Source: Blastocatellia bacterium | GTDB taxonomy: Bacteria; Acidobacteriota; Blastocatellia; UBA7656 | Direction: 5' to 3' | NCBI GenBank assembly: GCA_963765495.1 | Contig: CAVXWP010000010.1 | Location: 96,001 to 160,000, forward strand | DNA: 64,000 nt | Shown here: positions 58,863-64,000 of the stretch, piece after piece | How positions within the stretch are numbered: position 1 is the stretch's first letter | Layout: every line of letters begins with the position of its first letter | Notes under the pieces: model-generated | Databases searched by the model: none | The model's input: the letters and a program-made list of their open reading frames with translations, nothing else | Told to the model about the DNA's origin: nothing | Translations under genes and position numbers: made by a program

Positions 58863-60302
58863 TCACTCAACCTCTTTGACTTCGGCTTCCGGCAACAGCG
58901 TTCTCATCTCGAAAATCGAGATCATCGGCAGGAAGCGAAGGAACAGAAACAGCAAAGCCACAAACATTCCGAGCGTCCCAATGTAGGTAGCCCAGTCCCA
59001 GACCGTGCCCCGATACATCCCCCAGGACGACGGCAGAAAGTCGCGGTGCAGGCTCGTGACCACGATGATGAATCGTTCAAGCCACATGCCCACGCTCACG
59101 ATGACCGCCACTATAAACAGGACCGGCACGCTGTTTCGCATGCGGCGCGACCACAGAATCTGCGGAGCCAGAATGTTACAGAAGATCAGCATCCAGTACT
59201 GGACCGCGTAAGGCCCGGTCATCCGGTTCCTGATCATGAAGCGCTCAAATTCATTTGCGCTGTACCAGCCAAAGAAGGCTTCCATCATGTAGCCGTAGCC
59301 GACTATCATTCCGGTCGCAAGCATTATCTTGGCCATGTTTCTCAGGTGCCGCATCGTGATGAAATCTTCCAGCCCGTAGAGCTTGCGAATCGGTATGGCC
59401 AGAAGTATCACCATCGCAAATCCGGCATATATCGCGCCCGCCACAAAGTAAGGCGGGAAGATAGTCGCGTGCCACCCCGGCACTATGCCTATTGTGAAGT
59501 CGAAGCTTATGACCGTGTGAACCGAAAGGACGAGCGGCGTGGCAAGCCCCGCAAGCAGCAGGTAGGCCGTTTCATACCGCGCCCAGTGCCGCGCCGACCC
59601 TCGCCAGCCCATCGCAAGCATGCCGTAGACGACCTGCCCTCCACGGCTGCGCGCCCTGTCGCGCAAGGTAGCAAAGTCCGGTATCAATCCTATGAACCAG
59701 AACAGCGCCGACACGGTCGCGTATGTCGAGATGGCGAAGACGTCCCACATCAAGGGGCTGCGGAATTGCGGCCAGACCTTCATCGTGTTCGGATAGGGAA
59801 AGAGCCAGTAGGCAAGCCACGGGCGGCCCGTGTGGAACACGGGGAAAATCCCCGCGCAGGCGACGGCAAACAGCGTCATCGCTTCGGCGAAGCGGTTGAT
59901 CGAAGTTCGCCAATCCTGACGCAACAACAAGAGTATGGCCGAGATCAACGTGCCCGCGTGCCCTATGCCTATCCACCAGACCAGATTGATGATGGCAAAA
60001 CCCCAGCCTACCGGGATGTTGATTCCCCAGATGCCGACGCCTACCAGGACAAGTTCCGTAAGCGCGTAAAACAGCATCATGGTCAACAGAAAGGCGATGC
60101 CGAATCCGACGAACCACCAGCGCGGCGTCTTGCGCGTCAAGGCGATTGCGCTGATCTTTTCCGTGACCGATATAAACGTATGACCCGGCCCGATTACAGG
60201 AGCAATCGTCGGCTCATCGCGCAAATGTTCGGGCACATACTCTTCTTCATCATCGAGCAGGCGCACGGGCGTACGCTCATCGTTTTGATCGTCTATGCTC
60301 AT
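58863..60302 (-). CDS. actC: ACIII NrfD-type subunit C (copy 2)
   Basis: WWIGIGHAGTLISA, RFAEAMT, HTGRPW. Confidence 0.94.
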   Translation of the reverse strand: MSIDDQNDERTPVRLLDDEEEYVPEHLRDEPTIAPVIGPGHTFISVTEKISAIALTRKTPRWWFVGFGIAFLLTMMLFYALTELVLVGVGIWGINIPVGWGFAIINLVWWIGIGHAGTLISAILLLLRQDWRTSINRFAEAMTLFAVACAGIFPVFHTGRPWLAYWLFPYPNTMKVWPQFRSPLMWDVFAISTYATVSALFWFIGLIPDFATLRDRARSRGGQVVYGMLAMGWRGSARHWARYETAYLLLAGLATPLVLSVHTVISFDFTIGIVPGWHATIFPPYFVAGAIYAGFAMVILLAIPIRKLYGLEDFITMRHLRNMAKIMLATGMIVGYGYMMEAFFGWYSANEFERFMIRNRMTGPYAVQYWMLIFCNILAPQILWSRRMRNSVPVLFIVAVIVSVGMWLERFIIVVTSLHRDFLPSSWGMYRGTVWDWATYIGTLGMFVALLFLFLRFLPMISIFEMRTLLPEAEVKEVE

Positions 60303-60303
60303 T

Positions 60304-63300
60304 TTATCCCTCGTGCGTAGACTCTCCCTCCACGGGGTGTTGATCCCTTATATCCTGATTCGAGTTGCGAACCGACGACAGATAAGTAGTCCGTGGTTTC
60401 GTGTTCAACTCCGCCAGCAGCCCATAGTTGCGCGGCTCCTGCTTCAATCTGGCGACTCGGCTGTTGGGATCGTTTATGTCGCCGAAAGTAATGGCTTCGG
60501 TTGGGCAGACCGCCTGGCACGCGGTCTTGATTTCGCCGTCGCGGACCTGGCGGTTTTCAATCTCCGAATTGATCTGAGCGTGCCTTATGCGCTGCACGCA
60601 ATATGTGCATTTCTCCATCACGCCCCGGCTGCGAACCGTCACATCCGGGTTTCTCAGCAATTTCAGAGACGGCGTATCCCAATCCTGAAAGAGGAGGAAA
60701 TTGAACCGGCGAACCTTATACGGGCAGTTGTTGGAGCAGTAGCGCGTTCCCACGCATCGGTTATAGACCATGTCGTTCAGCCCTTCGGCGCTGTGGACCG
60801 TGGCCGCGACCGGGCAGACCAGTTCGCAGGGCGCGTTTTCGCAGTGCTGACACGGAACGGGCATGAAGTATGTATCAGGGTTTTCAACCGGCCCGCTGTA
60901 ATAACTGTCGACTCTGAGCCAGTGCATCTCGCGGCTGCGCAGGACCTGCTCTTTGCCTACAACGGGGATATTGTTTTCAGACTGACAGGCCACTACGCAC
61001 GCGCTGCAACCTACGCACGAGTTCAGGTCAATCGCCATGCCCCAGGCATAACCTTTGTACTCGTAATCGGGATAAAGCGACGGCTGCTTCTCTTCGTGCT
61101 CGCCGCCCTCGCCGTGTTCGAGATACTGTGTGAGCGGTTGGGAACGGACTATGTCACGGCCTTCCATCATGTGATGAAGCTGGGTGACGGCCAGCGGATA
61201 GGTGTCTCCGGTCTTTGTAAGACTCACCCCGCTGCTCGACCATAGCGCATCCGATGTTCGAATTTTGTATGCGTTAAAGCCTGTCCCCGACCCGACGCGA
61301 CCCACATTCGTTCGGCCGTAACCCAGATGCACGGTGACGGAGTCATCCGGGTGCGCGGGCATCACGTAAACGGGAGCGATGATTGATCGCCCCTTGTACT
61401 GCACTTCGACCGTGTCGGCTATGATCTCTCCGCCGGTCGGCCCGGCTTCGTTATTAAGACCGAGTCGCGAGGCCGTCGCGGGGCTTATCATCACGGCGTT
61501 ATCCCAGGTCAGCTTTGTTATGGGCTTTGGCAATTCCTGAAGCCAGGCGTTGTTTGCAAAGCGACCGTCGTAAATAGTAGGGTCGGGCCGGAATAAGATT
61601 TCCAGTTCCCCGCCCGCGCCGCCCGTCTGAGCAGGCGCAGCCTGATTTAACGAATCGGCCTTTGCCGATACGGTCATTGGCGCTGCCTGTGTGTTTGGGA
61701 TGATCCCATCGTGAAGCGCCTTGCGCCAGAACGCTTCGAAATCCCCGGAAACCGCTACAGGAACAGGCGCGGTTTGCGGATGTGAAGCCGCTTGCCCTTG
61801 ATTTGCCGCTTGCCCTTGATTTGCCGCTTGCCCCTGAGCAGCCGTCTGCCCCTGAACAGGTTGAGCGGACGGGCGCGGCGCGCCTCCACCTCTGTGAGCC
61901 TGCCAGTATTCCCGGACAGTATCGTAGCCCGATTGCTCGGGCTTATCGGTAAAGATCGCGAGCAACTCGTGCGGCGACTTGCCGTTGTAAAGCGGTGCGA
62001 TCAGGGGTTGAACTATTGAAACGGTTCCGTCAAAAGCGCGCGTGTCGCTCCAGGTTTCGAGGTAGTGAGCCTGAGGAATGTGCCAGTGGCAGAGCAAGGC
62101 GGTCTCGTCTCTGTAAAGGCCCATGTGGACGCGAAGCGGAACCTTTGCCATCTGCGTGGCTATATCAAAATCAGATGGAGCGGTATAGGCCGGGTTGCTC
62201 CCGATGATTACGAGCACGTCAACCTTGCCCGAGGCCATATCCCGAACCAGTTCGCCAAGCGAAGCCAGTTTGATTTGTCGGGTTCGCCTCAACGGGTTCG
62301 ATGTAATTGACGGTCGCGCCTACGTTTCCGAGAGCCTGATTCATGGCGTGCGCTAGAGCGTGGACCGCAGGCGACTGGTAATCGCCCGCTATCACAAGGC
62401 TTGCGCCCCGATTTGCCGAAAGGTCGCGAGCCAGCGCGTCAATCCACTCTGAGTGACGGGAGGTGTCGGGGCTTTCGGCGGACGCGCCGGTTTGAACGCC
62501 TACTTTCGCGGCCACGGCGCGAGCTACGGCTTCGATCTCGCCGGGTCTCAGCGCAAGGCGATGATCCGCCTTGGCTCCGGTGTTGCCGGGAGTCGTTTCG
62601 ACGGCATAAAGGCGGCTCATCTCTTTTTTCTCGCCTTCGAGGCGGCGGGCGGCGGCAAACTCTCTGGCATAACGCAGGCTTGCCGGGCCGCAGGCCAGAA
62701 AGTCGGAGTCTATCGAGAAGACGACCCTGGCCTTATCAAAACTATAGAGAGTGTCTGCGTACTGGCCAAAGGCGAGACGCGAGCCTTCGCGGGCATTGTC
62801 GCGTCCGCCCGGGTCCCACTGATGCCATTTGGCCGAAGGGAAAGCCGCGAGCAGGTTCTTCATCTGATTGCCGAGAGTCGGAGAACAGACGGTCTCGGTC
62901 AGTATACGCAGACCCGTTCCGCCGATTGACGCCTGAGCCTGGACGGCCGGGCGTATGGCTCCGAGGAAATTGGAGTACGCCCTTATGTCTCCGAGATAAG
63001 TAACGGTCTGAGAGCGATCCGGGTCATAGAGGCCGAGCACGGATGCCTGTGACCAGAGATCGGTCGCGCCGAGGCTTGCCGGGTGGTCCGGGTTGCCTTC
63101 AATCTTGGTGGGCCGCCCCAGATGCGATTCTACGAGAAGGCCCGTCGCCACGCCGCTCATCTCCATAGCGGTTGCGAAAAAGAGCGGGCGTCCGGGGATA
63201 ACATCTTCGGGCTGGCGCACATAAGGCGCGATGTATTCGGGCGGCTGGCGAGTGCAGGCCGTAACGCCCGCAAGGGCAAGAGAAGCGCCCATCAATTTCA

Positions 63301-63547
63301 GGAATTTCCGGCGGCCTACGGGGTCGTGCCACTCCGAAGCCTGCGAGGGAAACTCGCGATGCAGCAACTGCTGAAAGGCTTCCGTATCGGCCAGTTCTTC
63401 CAGGCTCCGCCAGTACTGTTTGCCCTCGGACGCGCTTAATCGTGAGCGAATCGCTTCAAGGTCAGGGTCTGTGTGTGGGGCGGTCTCTTCTATTGACGTC
63501 TCTTTGCCTCGTCGAATTCCACTCTCAAGCTGCACTAAATCACTCAT
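60304..63547 (-). pseudogene. actB: actB copy 2 with a +1 frameshift at 62269-62271 (pseudogene or sequencing error)
   Basis: Tat motif GRRKFLK in ORF 62219-63547, Fe-S motifs in ORF 60304-62292; removing one A from AAT CAA A CTG restores NPTNQ-LASL, matching copy 1 NPTNQ-LESL. Confidence 0.85.
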
Positions 63548-63593
63548 CGTTTGATCCTCATCTAAGCTTGCCTTCGGGTCGAGCGTCTGGGTG

Positions 63594-64000
63594 TTACCTG
63601 TGACAGATACTGCAACTGGTCAGGGCGTAGGGACTTTGAATCTTGTACTCTGCGGCCAGACGCCGTCCCTCTTCTTCCTGATTGGCGGGCGGTTCCCACG
63701 TCATATCAAAAATCTTATCGCGCGGGCGCAGATTCTTTTCCGGCGCGCGATGACAGGCCAGACACCACTCCATCTGAAGCGAGGCGACCTGATAAGTGAG
63801 CGCCATCTGGTCTACGCGCCCGTGGCAGGTCGAGCAACCCACGCCCTTGTTGACGTGGATGCTGTGATTGAAATAGACAAACTCGGGCAGATCGTGCACC
63901 CTGCGCCAGATGATGGGCTTGCCGGTACGCCAGCTCTCGCGGACAGGTTCCAGATAAGGGCTGTTGGACCATATCTGGGAATGGCAGTTCATGCAGGTCT
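63594..64000 (-). CDS. actA: ACIII pentaheme cytochrome (copy 2), 5'-partial
   Basis: CMNCH, CSTCH, CLACH, CSICH; runs off the window edge. Confidence 0.9.
   Translation of the reverse strand, partial: TCMNCHSQIWSNSPYLEPVRESWRTGKPIIWRRVHDLPEFVYFNHSIHVNKGVGCSTCHGRVDQMALTYQVASLQMEWCLACHRAPEKNLRPRDKIFDMTWEPPANQEEEGRRLAAEYKIQSPYALTSCSICHR

Noticed and set aside
58800-61245. Long antisense ORFs (58800-60320, 60295-61245; also 22236-23351, 41715-42602, 45441-46313, 51255-52139)
   Set aside because: Shadow frames of well-supported GC-rich genes with no recognisable motifs
60304-63547. Natural actB1/actB2 gene split or programmed frameshift
   Set aside because: Break is mid-domain, the downstream ORF has no credible start and there is no slippery heptamer

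Overview
GC-rich bacterial chromosomal window. Gene content (VWA-domain proteins, FecR/DUF6600-like protein, carboxypeptidase-regulatory-domain TonB-type receptor) suggests Acidobacteriota, probably Blastocatellia-like; this is an inference. Main content: (1) 0-15 kb secreted/envelope genes and an ECF sigma/anti-sigma/Spy-like/outer-membrane receptor/EF-hand operon; (2) 15.5-36.9 kb a co-oriented respiratory module: alternative complex III (actABCDEFG), SCO, caa3 oxidase, a selenocysteine formate dehydrogenase (in-frame TGA plus SECIS) with beta and NrfD-type subunits, and a response regulator/hemerythrin/histidine kinase trio, bracketed by two matching 11-bp-periodic operator/promoter sites; (3) a beta-helix/PKD secreted protein under a c-di-GMP-I riboswitch whose P3 carries a large heptamer-repeat insertion; (4) 45.2-50.9 kb a two-gene locus, TIR-like FxsC protein plus a 1464-aa ParA-like ATPase/nSTAND-type helical/TPR-S/patatin/TM fusion, the best candidate for an undescribed immune or conflict system; (5) 50.9-64 kb a second, oppositely oriented ACIII-caa3 cluster whose actB has a +1 frameshift. 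No rRNA, tRNA, CRISPR array or transposase was seen. All family assignments come from motif recognition by eye; no searches were run.
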